Assembly: GCF_009914755.1 (NCBI RefSeq)
Contig: NC_060942.1
Direction: 5' to 3' (one strand)
Source of the DNA: the human T2T-CHM13v2.0 reference genome, Homo sapiens
DNA: 64,000 nucleotides
A program made the translations under genes and the position numbers. Within the stretch, counting starts at the first letter, position 1; each line of letters begins with the position of its first letter. Below, piece by piece: positions 26,431-39,448 of this stretch. The notes below the pieces were generated by a model. That model searched no databases and was not told the DNA's origin. It saw nothing but the letters and a program-made list of their open reading frames with translations.

Positions 26431-26519
26431 AGTTTAACCGTTTCCTTATATTTGTGATCTACCTTTACTTCTTTATTACTTCCATCCTCAAGGTAGCAGA
26501 CACCTATGCCACAAGGGAC

Positions 26520-26735
26520 ATTATAATGCGATGATTGAGCGCTGTGTGTTAGGGTCCCTCTGGTGAAGCTAAAAATCGCTTCTTCCACTGCTCACTTAGC
26601 CACGGACATGTTTCTTAACTCCTCAAAAATCTTAACTTCCTTATTTGCAAAACATACATGCGTAGCATATCTCATACGAGGTTAATGTAGTGTTTAAATA
26701 CGTACGAAATGTGCCCAGTTCATGGTAATAAATGG
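26520..26735 (+). mobile_element. MIR fragment
   Basis: TTTCTTAACTCCTC..CTTCCTTATTTGCAAAA..ATCTCATA core. Confidence 0.5.
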
Positions 26736-28960
26736 CAGAATGAGGAAGGAAAGGGAGGTGGAAAAGGAATTTACTTTATGCTGGGCAGAGTGAGGAGATT
26801 CTGCATACGTGATTCCACTTGTTCTACGTTGTATTTGTGTATTACACCTGGTCTTCTGAATTCAAAATATGCCCTTTTAAATCCAATTTGAGCAGACAGC
26901 ATTATCAAATATGGACACTAAAATCAGGCTTAAATGCCAATATTCATACAAAGCAGTAAATAAAATGTTTCACAATCCCACCTTTAAAAAATTCCAAAAG
27001 TATTGTAACAAACTTTTCTACTGTGTAGTATTTTTTGCTAGAAATTAAACACTTTTAAGAACATGTAAATACAATATAGAACAATTGGAATGATGCCCTG
27101 TACTAAGCTTTAACATAATGAGCTCTGGTAATTATTTCATGAAGTTATTTTTTATCTCTGTGCTGTGGGGTTTTTATACATTTTTCTGAGTTAGGATTTT
27201 AAGAGATAAACAGCACAATCTTTTAACTCAGATGCCTGGATAAAAACTAAATTGATGTGTACAAAAAAGAACAACTTGTGCCTGAGATTATGGGTTTGAC
27301 ACATAGACACATTTGGATAGTAAATATTAGGGAAGATAAGTTAAAAGACACATTTACATCACTCATGGAAATTGAAACTACAAACAAAAGTATTGTTCAC
27401 TGAAAATCTTTGTTTATCAAAGGTGTATATGTTGGTAGAGTTAAACTTTGGTCTTCCAACTTCTTTCTTGAAGGAGGAGTGTGCCAGAAAATCATTTTTC
27501 TTTACAAAATTTATGAAACTAAGGGTTCTAATTATCAGTTTTTCATAGAAGGTTATAACTTAATAGCAGACCAGAAACAAACTCATGATTGGTATATTTA
27601 AAGAAGAAGTAAAAAACGATAAAATAAGACCTCATTATTTGGAAGAAGAAAATTAAAATATTGCTTTCTTAATCTGAATTTTGAGACTCAATTTGTATAT
27701 CAATTATGGAAAGTTTAAAAAATAATATTTATGGTAAATCTATTAAGGAATCATGATATATTAAAAATAATTATGTAGTAACAAAACAGAAAAACAGACA
27801 AGAATCCCTTCTAACATGAGGCAAAATAACAAACTTTTCTGAGCCCCAATATTCTCATAAACATAATCATTTCTGCCTGGCTCATGGGCTCATGAGAATC
27901 ATATAATATTGATAGGAAAGTGATTTGTAAATTATGAGGTTCTACATGGTGCTACTAACATTTACAGCTGTGGCTGTAAATCTCACATATTGCAATAACA
28001 TTTTGTATAAAATCTTTTTTAAAGTTACAGACACAAAGAGATGATCATCCTGAATAAACATCTCAATTTCGACAGATCAGTAATAAATACAAGGGGGTTT
28101 CAAACTTATCACATTTCTAAACATATAATAATCACATTAATGTTTTTTAATGTTATCTCACTGTCTCAAAAAAGAAAAACCCAAAAGCAGAAACCAAAAA
28201 GACAGGTAACAATCACAGATTAAAAAATCTATAATTTATTTCTCAAATTTGAAATGATTTCATTCTTTTCTGAATTTTTAATATATTCTGTTTACTTTTT
28301 AAGAGACAGTGATAGTATTCAGAAAGTATTTAAATTCTATATTTTTTTCTAACACTCAGAGTCTAAATAATCAAATATTTAAAGAAACAAACCTGGCATA
28401 AACAGACAGTTTCTCTAACAAATGCGTGTGTATATTAATTTTCATCATTTCCTAGTGAATGTTTGTTGTTGTTTTTCTCTGTGTTTAAGGATTTGATTTG
28501 TTCTCTGATGTAACCATATTCCCTAAGGGAAAAAATAAACACAGATGAGCATCTATCCCTCTTTTAATACCTTTCCTACTGGATTATTTCATAAAAGCTA
28601 TTAACACTTTTACTCATGCCTTTACCACAAATATCCTTGAACTGACTGAACATATATTACTGAATACTGTGATGATAAAGATGCATAAAACATCACTACT
28701 TTTAATTTAGAGCTGATATTCTCCATTTTGTATCTTTTAAAATGATTCTTTCAGATTTCCTTCAGTTGCTTGTTTTCTCCCCAAGACGAAGTTCTTACTT
28801 TTTGATGACTAATAAAAGGGCAGTCCTTATGCCATTATGATTACTGCTAAGATTCCTCAGCTACCTATGAGGGTATTGCCAATCCTCACCAATATTTTTG
28901 GTAACTCGTCTTTGCACAACACTTGGTCAACTGCATTTCTGAGCCCTGCAAAATTGATGA

Positions 28961-29561
28961 TGCATTTGTTTCCTATTGTGGCCATAAGAAGCTACCACAA
29001 ATTTAGTGGCTTTAAACCATACTAACGTATTTCCATACAGTTATGGATGCCAGAAGTCCAGATTGGCTGGACTGATTCCTCTGCTCTGGGTTTCACAAAG
29101 CTGGGCTAGTCACAGAAGGCTCTGGGAAGAATCTGCAGCCAAGTTCATTCTGGTGGTTGGCAGAATCCAATTCCTTTGAATTATAGGATTATGGCCTCCA
29201 TTTTCTTGCTGGCAGTTAGTTGGGGAACATCCGTAGAGGCTAGAGGCTTCTCTCCTTTCTCTGCAGGAGGAAACCTACACCTCAGAGCTGTGAAATGTGC
29301 ATTGAATCTTTCTCACACTGAGTCTAACTTCCTGTTCTCCCCACCACCACCATAGAAAGAGTTTCCTGCTTTTAAGGACTCATATGATTAAGTTGGACCC
29401 ACCTGCATAATCCAGAATAATTTTCCTATTTTAAGGTCCAGTTTATAACCTTAATTACAATCTGAAAACTCCCCTTTGCCATATGATGTAACTTATTTAT
29501 AGAGTCCTGGGGTTAAAGCATTGACATGACTGGAGGTGGGAGCATTATTCTGTCCACCACA
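28961..29561 (-). mobile_element. MLT1E-like LTR
   Basis: TTTCCTATTG..TACCACAAATTTAGTGGCTT..CCAAGTTCATTC..GTTGGCAGAATCCA..GCTTTTAAGGACTCAT..CATTATTCTGTCCACCACA. Confidence 0.85.
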
Positions 29562-30101
29562 CAAGGTCACACTTCTGGCTGATGGACGTCACATGTCATT
29601 GCCGGGCAGAAACACAGGAGTGCCAGTGCTTGGTCCCCAGCTTCTTTTCCTTTACTGTGCTGGCCCTGGAAGGACAGGGGGCAGAGCTGTGAACCTCTAG
29701 GGCACAGCCGTGCAACACTGAGGATTAGCACCATGCTTCAAAACCAAGATGCGTTTCCCTGGTTGAATTCTGAGACTGTGTTGTAGGAGATGGGTTCTTT
29801 TCTCCTTTCATTTTCCCCCGCATTTGAACAAGAATGTCTGTAACTCTTATCCTATGCCAACCTCACTATAGTATTTGGGAGCAGATAACTTGTTTTTTTA
29901 GTCTCATGGGTCCACAGATACATACTTAATTTAGGTGACTCAACTGATGAGATTTTGAACTTTTTGAATTGAGAACTTTTGGATAAAATTTTGGAATTTG
30001 AATTGATGTTGTAATGGGTGGAGATCTTTTGAGAATTTGGGATAAGGTAAATGTTTTTGTATAAAGGGCTGACATCAATATTTGAGGGCTAGCAAGTTGA
30101 C
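29562..30101 (+). mobile_element. MLT1 internal region, 3' part
   Basis: AATGTCTGTAAC..ATCCTATGCC..GTATTTGGGAGCAGATAACTTG..GATGAGATTTTGAACTTT, leading directly into an LTR. Confidence 0.7.
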
Positions 30102-30697
30102 TGTGGCAAGCAGAATAACAGCCCCCCAATGATCTCCACACTGTAATCTCCAATACCCATGAATAAGTTACTTTATCTGGCAAACGACAATTTGACTATG
30201 TAATTAAGGTATGGACATTAAGATGGTGAGATTATCCTGGAATATCCAGTGGGCTCAATTACATGAGTCCATTAAAAAAATTGGAGAAATGAGTTAAAAA
30301 ATGAAATGTAAAGGAGAAAAATGAAATTCAAAATGTAAGGGACAGAAGGACACAACTCAGCTTCACTGGTTTTGAAAATGGTTGAAAGGGTCACAAACCA
30401 GGAATGTGGCTGGCATTTAGAAGCTGTGAATGACTGTCAGCCAACATCCTGCCATGCCATGGGGATTTCAGGCCTTTAGCCACATACAACTGAATTCTAC
30501 CAATGAACCAAATGAACAAGGAAATAGATCCTTCTCTAGAGCCTCCAGAAAGGACAGCAGTCCTGCCAGCCCCTTGATTTTAGCTCAGTAAAACTCGAGT
30601 TGTATTTCTGATCTACAGAACTATAATATAATAAAGTTGTGTCAATTATTTCATTAAGTTTATAATCATTTTAGGGTGGTAATATCAAACTCATAGA
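30102..30697 (+). mobile_element. MLT1E-like LTR (3' LTR of the internal fragment)
   Basis: TGTGGCAAGCAGAATAA..GAGATTATCCTGGA..TCTAGAGCCTCCAGAAAGGA..TTGATTTTAGC..CTACAGAACT. Confidence 0.82.
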
Positions 30698-33601
30698 GCC
30701 CTCATAATGATGAAGGCAGGACAGTTAATTAGCCTTGCAGCAGGATTATAAATATATGCTGTGCTCCATTCATTACAAGTGAATGTCAACTGTTACTGAT
30801 TCTCTTTTCTCACAATGTTGAAAAATAATTCAGTTTCCAGATTAAAGGAAACATATCATACACTAGGGCTGGGTTAATCTGCTCTAGCAAATATTCCACA
30901 CTTGGCACAGCAGCTGCAATCAAGGATACTACTTGGTTGGTTGTGTGGTGGTCCGCTATCACATTTCAGGATATGTCTATCTTTTATGCAGTCCAGTTGG
31001 TTAAATTAAATATGCCATCAAAAAGAAAAGGAGTCACCATACTGGCCTGGCTCATTGACCTTGATCAGCAGGAAAAGGTAAAGTTACCTCTACACAATAA
31101 AGGAATATGTGTGAACCTTGGGGTGATTGACTAGGGTGCTTTTTACTAATCCTTTGCCCTATCGTGATAGAATGGACAGATATAGTAGCCATAGACAGAG
31201 GCAGTTCTGATTATCACATTTCAGACCACTCTAGGATGATGAAGGTATGAGTCTCAATGCTACATAAGCCACCAGGACCCGTCAAGGAAAGAGGATGATG
31301 AGAAAGAGGGAAAGAAGGAATACTGGCTGTGGTCCTGGCAATGGAGGTTGCAATTCATCCAGTGAACCTCCCACTTCTGAATTCTCCATTCCCATTTTCC
31401 CTCTCGGATGTTTGCTCTAATAAAATCCTTGCATGCTTAGTTCCATGTTACAATCTTCTTCTCAGAGTACCTACACTAACACAATTTTCTACTGGATAAT
31501 GAATGTCATGTTTTTTCCTTATAACTAAAAGAATCAATTCTAAATGTGTATTGTGTACTTTTGTCCTAAGTTATGTTCCAATTTCAAGTATTAGTTAAGA
31601 AAACAAAATTGGCCAATCTTGGCTCACATGGCAACACTCCAACCTTCAGCATCCTGAAAGAACAAGAATATTAAGATCTCTTAGTGTCTATTGCTCCTAA
31701 AACCTCCTATATAGACAGACTTTAAATAAATCAAGCATGTCTAGATGATAATCATATATTACATCACACTGCATGGCTTTCTAGCATTTAAGTATGCCCA
31801 TTGACTATATTTTTATTTTAAAATTTAAAAACTATCTTGCATTAAGTAATGCATTTATGCTTAAAAAACCTGAAAACATATGTACCTTCTTTTTCTAACC
31901 AAAATCTTGTAAGTGTGATCAGTTATCTATTAGTTTATTAGTTCCAAGTCTAAGATTTCTGGGTAGTAGTCTTTCATTTGCTAGCTCTGTCATCATTTAA
32001 GACTTAATTTTCAGCAACCTATGACACTAATGGCAACATTAACTTATTACTTATATGCTCCATATTCAATGGGCATAAAGAGGGGAGAAAGAAAAAGGAT
32101 GGTTTTAAGTAAATTAAAATATATGAACAAATGAATAAATGAATCTTTACAAATGGTCATTAGGTTACATCTATTCTTTATTAATCTACTACTTCCTTCT
32201 CCATCTCATGCTGCCATTTCCTTCACCAACTTTCAGTTGGGGAACATATACCATTAAGGTAATAACTGCTTAACTGCTTTATTTATGTTATAACTCCTTT
32301 AGAAATATACTTACCCCATTGTAATGAGTACTATATGATGTAATATTTTCAACTGGTGAGAGTGCTTGCAGGAGAAGCTATACCCCATCTAGCTAATAAA
32401 AGTCATAGGGTTACAGTAACTCTGCAGCCAGGACGATTCAAGGATGTGGAGGCCATGTGGAAAAAAAGAATTAGATGATTCTAAAACTGTAGCCCCCTAT
32501 GAGATTAGGATAATAAAATGATTAATGTGTGTAGAGGCACCAAGAATTCACCAGCCAGCCTGCCCCTGGACCACACAGGCTCACTCATGAGGCAGAAGCA
32601 ATGTCTGTACAATAGCTGTCATTTCCCTCTGCTTTCAATCAAGCACTAAAAGGGGACACTGTTTACATTTGGGATGTCTAGGCATAATATCCAGATGCTT
32701 GAAAATTTGACCACTCAGGCGATGAAGGCTGGTGACCAAGCATGCAATCCCATGTACACCATGCCCCTGACACTTGGAGCATTGGGCACTAGATTGCCTA
32801 AGCAGTCATTTTAGGCTGCTATAAATTTATTTTAAATTCTCCTAACCCAGCGCTCACCACTCACCTGCAGGTTGTCTGAACTAGTAAAACGCTTCACCTG
32901 GCAAGAAGGAAATACCTGGAAACATAAAAGATGGAGATAGCTTGTTCTTGTTAACTGTCTTGTACTTGGGTGCCCCCCAGGAGACGCATCCCCAGCCTAC
33001 AGATGTACTTCTCACAATGTGGGCTCTCCTCCCTTAGTCTATTGTAAATCTACATCTACCATCTGTCACTGAATGCACCAGAGGCAGAGGCAGAGGCAGA
33101 CCATATTAGCCTGGCCAGGTTACCACTGGAAGACAAAAAAGCTCTCTTTAAAGGTGGTTTCTGCACCCTGGCTAACGCTATCTATTGCAAACGGATCAAA
33201 GCAGCAGTGTCCATCGTGCTGCATTCGGTATTCTGAGATCCATTCTCTTGTCTTGTCCTCACTCCCCCAGTTGCTGATGATGTAGGGGATGGATTACAAC
33301 ATTATGCATGAGTTTTCATTTCCTATTTATTGTCCTGGCTTCTTCCAGCGTCTCAAAAACAATGCCAGTGACAACTTGCACAACATTTGTGGGTTGAAGG
33401 AGTATGGGTTGCTGACAGTGGAGTGTGAGGCATAGGTGACATACTTTGAAATCAAGTATAGACTGAAAAGTAGGGGTAAACTTAAGTCTAAGACAAGTTT
33501 TGTTTAAGATGACTTTACATAAACAAAACTACCCTCCTGCAGAGCACCATGGAAACTGGATATAGCTGAATGTTTAATTAAGACAATGCATCCTAGTAGA
33601 G

Positions 33602-33823
33602 CAGTGATTGGCAATCTTTTTCTGTAAAGGGACAGATAGTAAATATTATAAGTGGTAATTTTTGACAGTCTCCATTGCAACTATTCAATTCTGCTACTGT
33701 GTCATAAAAGCAAGATACGTATCATGGATGATATGTAAACAAGTAGGTGGCTCAATGAAATTTTATTTGCAAAAGCAGGGGGAGGCCAGAGTTGACCTGT
33801 GGGTTGTAGTTTTCTGACCCCTG
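33602..33823. mobile_element. MER58A (hAT-Charlie)
   Basis: GGCAATCTTTTTCTGTAAAGG..AGATAGTAAATATT..TGACCCCTG; 8-bp TSD TAGTAGAG/TAGCAGAG. Confidence 0.88.
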
Positions 33824-34902
33824 TAGCAGAGTGACAAGGAAGCAGATTGAAGAGTGGGCATGACTGAGCCTTAGCATGGTAACACTTTAACCACAAGGCT
33901 TAGGTCCCAGTTCCCAGTCTATACTACGGGCAGGCATGTTCTCTCTCAGTCTTTTAGTGGAGAAACAAGTATGATAGCAAAGCTTCCTCTGCATCCTTTA
34001 GCTTTATCTGCAAAGCTCTACACCAGCCTGACTGTGGTGAGGAAAAAGCTGGGTTCACCTAATCAATATAAATGGAGTTTGGAACAGAATTAGGGACCAA
34101 GCTCACACCATGCCACACAGTTCTAGCTACCAGATTGAGTCCCATCACTGTTCATGTCAGAAGAGGGTTGCTGTTTCCTCAGTTTTGCAGCTTAAGGATG
34201 TAAAAAAAACTATGATTTGTCCCCAAGAGTCCGATCTGTGGTCTTGGCTGATGAAAAGAATATGATAAGTAACAGGGCACAATACATTAGCTACTGCTCC
34301 TTTTTAAATGATGCAGTGTCTTTTGGAATCAGGCAAAAGCTTTTTATCCATTCTGGACTTTTCTATGAAAACAGAGCTCCAATAAAATAGCTTTACTGAT
34401 CTCTCTTGCCACCCCTCATCCATTTTTTCCCTGGAAAGAAGAAAAAATTATCTAATTAATAAATCAGGAAGAATAAATTCAGGATGCTAGGTTCAGCTCC
34501 TTAGTTCTTTTAGTGATTGAACTACCAACAAGAAATAGAAAGCATACATTTCCTCTCTGCTCCTCCGTGTCATAAATTTGCACATGAAGACTGTTTCCAT
34601 TGAGATACATGCATAAATGGTTGAGCATTTTCTGTGTTTTGAAAGAAGTCTCTAATTCCAAAGGTCAACATTGGAAAGCACAATTGTCCACAGACACAAT
34701 CTACACTTTTACCAGCAGTAAAAGTGATATTTTCTTTTGCCCAACCTGTATTCTCCACGTCTGTTATCCAATTCAATCAGCATTCTGGCAAAAACTGGAT
34801 GTTACTTATTAGGTCTTCCCTTAATATTCTCAGCAATGTCATTGCCAGACTCAGTCTGAGGGTTAATAAGCTCTACTGTTCATTCAGGGAGGGCTGCTTT
34901 TT

Positions 34903-34928
34903 ATAAATAAATAAATAAATAAATAAAT
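34903..34928. repeat. (TAAA)n microsatellite
   Basis: ATAAATAAATAAATAAATAAATAAAT. Confidence 0.9.
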
Positions 34929-35919
34929 GCCTCATAACTAAAATAATCAGAACACAGGATCTTTATTTTGGTGGATATAATCTATTTCCTAAACCTAGAG
35001 TATGGGGTAAATCATATAAGCATGATAGAACTTTAGTGGGCTACCCAACAATTACTATCCCAGTAAATAAATCATCAACAATTACCTAAGATGCTTGGGA
35101 GTCAAACATTCTGTTTACTACTGAAGCAGTATTGCTTAGTATAAAAATGCATGTGCCTTGTTTCTGGTGGCCAAAAGTAAAACCCATCCATACCCAGAGA
35201 ATTCAGGTAGCCCATTAGAATGGGCAGCATGTGTACCAGCATCACCAGATCATAAAATTTCACATAGTGCTGCTTTCCTAAGAACCTACAATTCTGTACC
35301 AATGTGTTTGTAAAAACTATGGTAATAGGATCGACTTCTAGGCCATCTCAGGAAACATAGTTAGGAGGTGAAGTTTTCATTGCACATAATAAATCTGTTC
35401 CAGGATTCCCGTGCTCTAGTCCTTGGGTTTTTTCATAATGGCAAGAATTTGGGGTTTTATGGGAATAATTAGAACTCTCCCAATAGTTTAATTTAGCACC
35501 TTGAATCTAGAATCTCCAGTAAATGTACTTGCACCAATAAATTAAGATCTTTCTATGACTATATTCTCCTATCATTGATGTAACTCCTTTAAAATGCCTC
35601 TGATGCTTGGGTTGGCATAACAGGCCAAGTAAAGTGCTGAGTTTCATTTCTCTGTGTCTTCTCATCTTTCTATATTTCACTATTTTCAATCTTCAGGCTC
35701 TGACTCGTTCATCATCCATACACTAACTTTTTATGAGACCTCACAAGGCTGTGAATGAAACTGATATTGTATCTCAGCCATCTGCAAGATCAATAGTTGA
35801 GTTTGTTTCTTAAGTATCTTAGCCATGGAGCTGGAAGTGATGAGAAATTGTTTCCATGGTTGTAGAAAAGCCATTGGTTTTGGCCTATTGCATAAGCTAC
35901 AGATTTAAGATTTTGAAAG

Positions 35920-36006
35920 TTTCTTTCTTTCTTTTCTCTCTTTCTCTCTCTCTTTCTCTCTCTCTTTCTTTCTTTCTCTCTCTCTTTCTTTCTCTCTCTC
36001 TTTCTT

Positions 36007-36037
<31 letters not shown>

Positions 36038-36042
36038 TTCTC

Positions 36043-36114
<72 letters not shown>

Positions 36115-36137
36115 TCCTTCTTTTTCTTTCTTTCTCT
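35920..36137. repeat. Compound (CT)n/(CTTT)n microsatellite, purine-free on + strand
   Basis: 218 consecutive C/T bases including a long perfect (TTTC)n run. Confidence 0.97.
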
Positions 36138-36396
36138 GTCCAGTTCTGCCTAAATATAACATCTATACTCTTACATACAGAATACCCACCCTAAGTCCTG
36201 AATTATTTCAGCTCTTATCACTGGACCTCTGTATCAGTCAGGGTCCCACCAGGAAACAGAACATTCAAATAGGGAAAATGAGAAAATTTGATTAAGGAAA
36301 TATTTTTAAAGCTGTGAGCATGATTAAGTGAAACCAATAAGAGATAACTAAACATCCCATGTTGGGACTAACAAGAGCAGGGAAGCCATTACCACC

Positions 36397-37780
36397 TGTC
36401 CTGGGCTAGATAGCACCTCCCCACCCCCTCACCAAATTAGTGTCCTTTAAAAAATCTCAGAATGTGCTTTTACTTGGTGCTTTCAGATTTCCTAAGGGTC
36501 ATTGCAATTCCACACATTGCACAAGAAATTAGTTAACGTGAGGTCATACCCTGAGTAGGTAGGCCCTTAATCCAATGTGACTAGTGTCCTTATGTGAAGA
36601 GCAGAAGAGTCACAGAGACAGGAACAGAGTCATCACACCATGTGATGACAGAGGCAGAGACTGGAGTGATGACTACAAGGCAAGGCACACCAAGGATTCC
36701 CAGCAACAGGAGAAGTTAAAGAAAAACATATAAAAGACTCAGCTCTTCAGAAGGAGAATACTTTGCTGTGAACTGATTTTCATAATTTCCACAGAACTCT
36801 GGGAGAATAAATATCCTGTTTTTAAAATAATTTCCACTTTTATTTTAGAATCAGGGATACACGTTCAAGTTCGTTACATGAGTATATCCTGTGATGCTGA
36901 GGTTTGGGATGATTGATCCTGTCACTCATGTACTGGACATACAGTATCCAATAGTTAGTTTTTCAACATTTACCCTCCCTCCCTCCCTTCCCCTCTAGTA
37001 GTTATCAGTGTCTATTTTTGACATCTTTATGTCCATGAGTACCCAGTGTTTAGCGCCCAGTTATAAGTGAGAACATGCAGTATTTGGTTTTGTGTTCCTG
37101 GGTTAATTGCTTAGAATAATGGCCTCCAGATGCATCTATGTTGCTGCAAAGGACATGATTTCATTCTTTTTCATGGACTCATAGTATTCCATGGGGTATA
37201 TGTACCAAATTTTCTTTATCCAATCCATATTTGATGGACATCTAGGTTGATTCCATGTCTTCGCTACTGTGAATAATGCTGTGATGAACATCCAAGTGCA
37301 TGTGTCTTTTTGGTAGAATAACTTATTTTCTTTTGAACATATACACAGCAATGGGATTGCTGGGGTAACTAGTAGCTCTGTTTTAAGCTCTTTGAGAAAT
37401 CTCCAAACTGCTTTCCACAGAGGCTAAACTAATTTACATTCCCACCAATAGTGTACAAGTATTCCGTTTTCTGCACAGCCATGCCAACATCTGTTGTTAT
37501 CTGACTTTTTATTCATAGCCATTCTGATTGAGGTGTGAGATGGTATCTTCTTGTAGTTTTGATTTACATTTCTCTCATCATTAGTGATGTTGAGCACTTT
37601 CATGTCTGTTGGCTGCTTGTATGTCTTCTTTCAAGAAGTGTTTGTGCATGTCTTATGCCCACTTTTTAATGGGGTTATTTCTTTTTTGCTTGATGAATTG
37701 TTTAAGTTCCTTATATTATCTGTTGATTTAAGCCACCCAGTTTGCAGGCTTTATTACAGCAGCCACAGGAAACTACGACA
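36397..37780 (+). mobile_element. MLT1B/C-like LTR split by L1
   Basis: GGCCCTTAATCCAATGTGACTAGTGTCCTTAT..GAGGCAGAGACTGGAGTGATG; 3' piece TTTAAGCCACCCAGTTTG..GCAGCCACAGGAAACTACGACA; TSD CCACC/TCACC. Confidence 0.85.
36821..37714 (-). mobile_element. L1PA15/16-like 3' end
   Basis: ACTTTTATTTTAGA..GTGATGCTGAGGTTTGG..TTATAAGTGAGAACATGCAGTATTTGG; ORF 37136 is the ORF2 C-terminus (DTCTWMFITALFTVAKTWNQPRCPS). Confidence 0.93.
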
Positions 37781-38342
37781 TCACCCACAGGGCCACGGAA
37801 GGAACTGGCTATGAAGAAGAGGCCCCCTTTACAGAAACTGCAGCCCTTGGTAGGGAAATACCATCATTGCAATTCTGTAGCCTGGCAGGGATGGACCCAG
37901 GGAACACACCTCACTTTTCTGTGGTCCAGTCTTCCATCAGTGCCTACTTTGGGTGTAACGTAACCAAAAGCTTGAGAGAACCTGTAGACATAGTTCTTAG
38001 AGATCATCCTTTCAGGCAAAAAGCAGTGTGAGGAAAGATGGAGAGTATGTCTGGAGAGGCCAGGAGAGCTCTCTGCACATCCGCCAAAGCCCTGTTTTTC
38101 AATGCACACTTTATGTCATGTGTTAAACAGCTATTTCTCCACTGTGTATTATACCAGGATGTCTAGTACCTGAATTCTGGGCAAGGCAGAAAAATCTGGT
38201 TAAGGAAATTGACAAACACAAATGTGATTCAGTGATTATAATCACTGTAGAAATCATACCACTTAAAAGACTTGTTAGAATACCATCACCACTGCTACAC
38301 ATGTGATGTGTACCCTGTAACCATGGCCAGTTCTGGTGCTGG

Positions 38343-38376
38343 TCCTGGGATATCACTCCTGGGATATCACTCCTGG
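38343..38376. repeat. 14-bp perfect tandem duplication
   Basis: TCCTGGGATATCAC x2 + TCCTGG. Confidence 0.9.
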
Positions 38377-38491
38377 CATTACTGGTTGGATATTAGATTC
38401 CAACTTTGAAACTCGGACAACTGCTACTTGATATTAGTATTGAGTTTGAGATCTCTTGTGTTTATTTTTCAAATGCAGTCAACCACCTGCA

Positions 38492-38525
<34 letters not shown>

Positions 38526-38541
38526 GGTGTGTGTGTGTGTT
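38492..38541. repeat. (CT)n(GT)n microsatellite
   Basis: Direct reading. Confidence 0.9.
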
Positions 38542-39448
38542 TGTATGTCTCTTTTGCATTATTATTTTTTCCACATTCTTTTCCAGAGTAGGATATGCAT
38601 CTGATTCAAGTTTTGGGTCACACTATTTTGACCTAATTTTAAGTACTAAGAAATGCAATTTGGGAACTTTTTCAGCATTCATTGTAAGAAATAAGTTTCT
38701 GCCCCAACCAAATGTAAGAATAAGATAAGGTGACTGGGCATACAAAAAGTTACACTTCTATCAATTTTTCTTATTACACAAGAATCCACATGTATTATTC
38801 ATATCCTTCTTTTACAGAACATTGTTAATACTAAATTAATTTAAAATATTTTATCTGAATTGAGCTGAATTAATTATTACAAAATGGATTTTTGCACAAT
38901 ATATATTAAATGAGGTATTTCTGATTTTCAAATATATGCTTCACACATACATCTCTGGTATCTCTGAAATTATATGAAAATTTCAATATCCTGTAAAATT
39001 AATAAATGTTTATTTTAACAGCTTACAACATAAATTGACTAAAAACTGAGAAAGTTTGAAAACTGATTAGAATCTAATAAAATGTTTCATTAAAACATTC
39101 TCTGTGACTTAACAGAATTATCATTTAAATCTCAGAAATAAAATTTTAGTTACACAAAAATTCTGATAATTTCTATATTATTCCATTTTTCCCACCTAAA
39201 CTTTGAAATTGAAAGTCCCTTGAGGAATCACTTCACACTAATATTACTTCAGATAACACCAGTGAAGCATTTATTCCTATCAACTATGATGAACAGGGGA
39301 CTTAAATACTTGGTGTTACTCAACTATCTAAAATTCCCTCAAGTTTATCCATAAGAATCAATTTGAACAACACTTACTCAGAAAGATAATGTTCCTTCCC
39401 TAAAGAGGTCAGAGAGTGAATCTACACTGGGACTAAGGCTATGCCTTC

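Larger units (their letters stand above)
28770..31483 (+). mobile_element. Ancient ERVL (ERV3-16A3/LTR16-like) remnant: RT fragment, dUTPase fragment and LTR 3' end; interrupted by MLT1E pieces
   Basis: ORF 30937 contains KRKGVTILAWLIDLDQQEKVKLPLHNKG (ERVL dUTPase consensus KKGVTVLAGVIDPDYQGEIGLLLHNGG); IPHL at ~30890; LTR end AATAAAATCCTTGCATG..CTTCTCAGAG..CTAACACA. Confidence 0.7.
36230..38079 (-). mobile_element. LTR50-like LTR split by MLT1 and L1
   Basis: TGTATCAGTCAGGGTCCCA.CAGGAAACAGA..GGAAGCCATTACCACC; resumes at 37781 and ends GGAGAGTATGTCTGGAG..GCACA. Confidence 0.6.

Noticed and set aside
35856-36194. Leu/Phe/Ser-rich and Lys/Glu/Arg-rich ORFs
   Set aside because: Translation of the (CTTT)n microsatellite.
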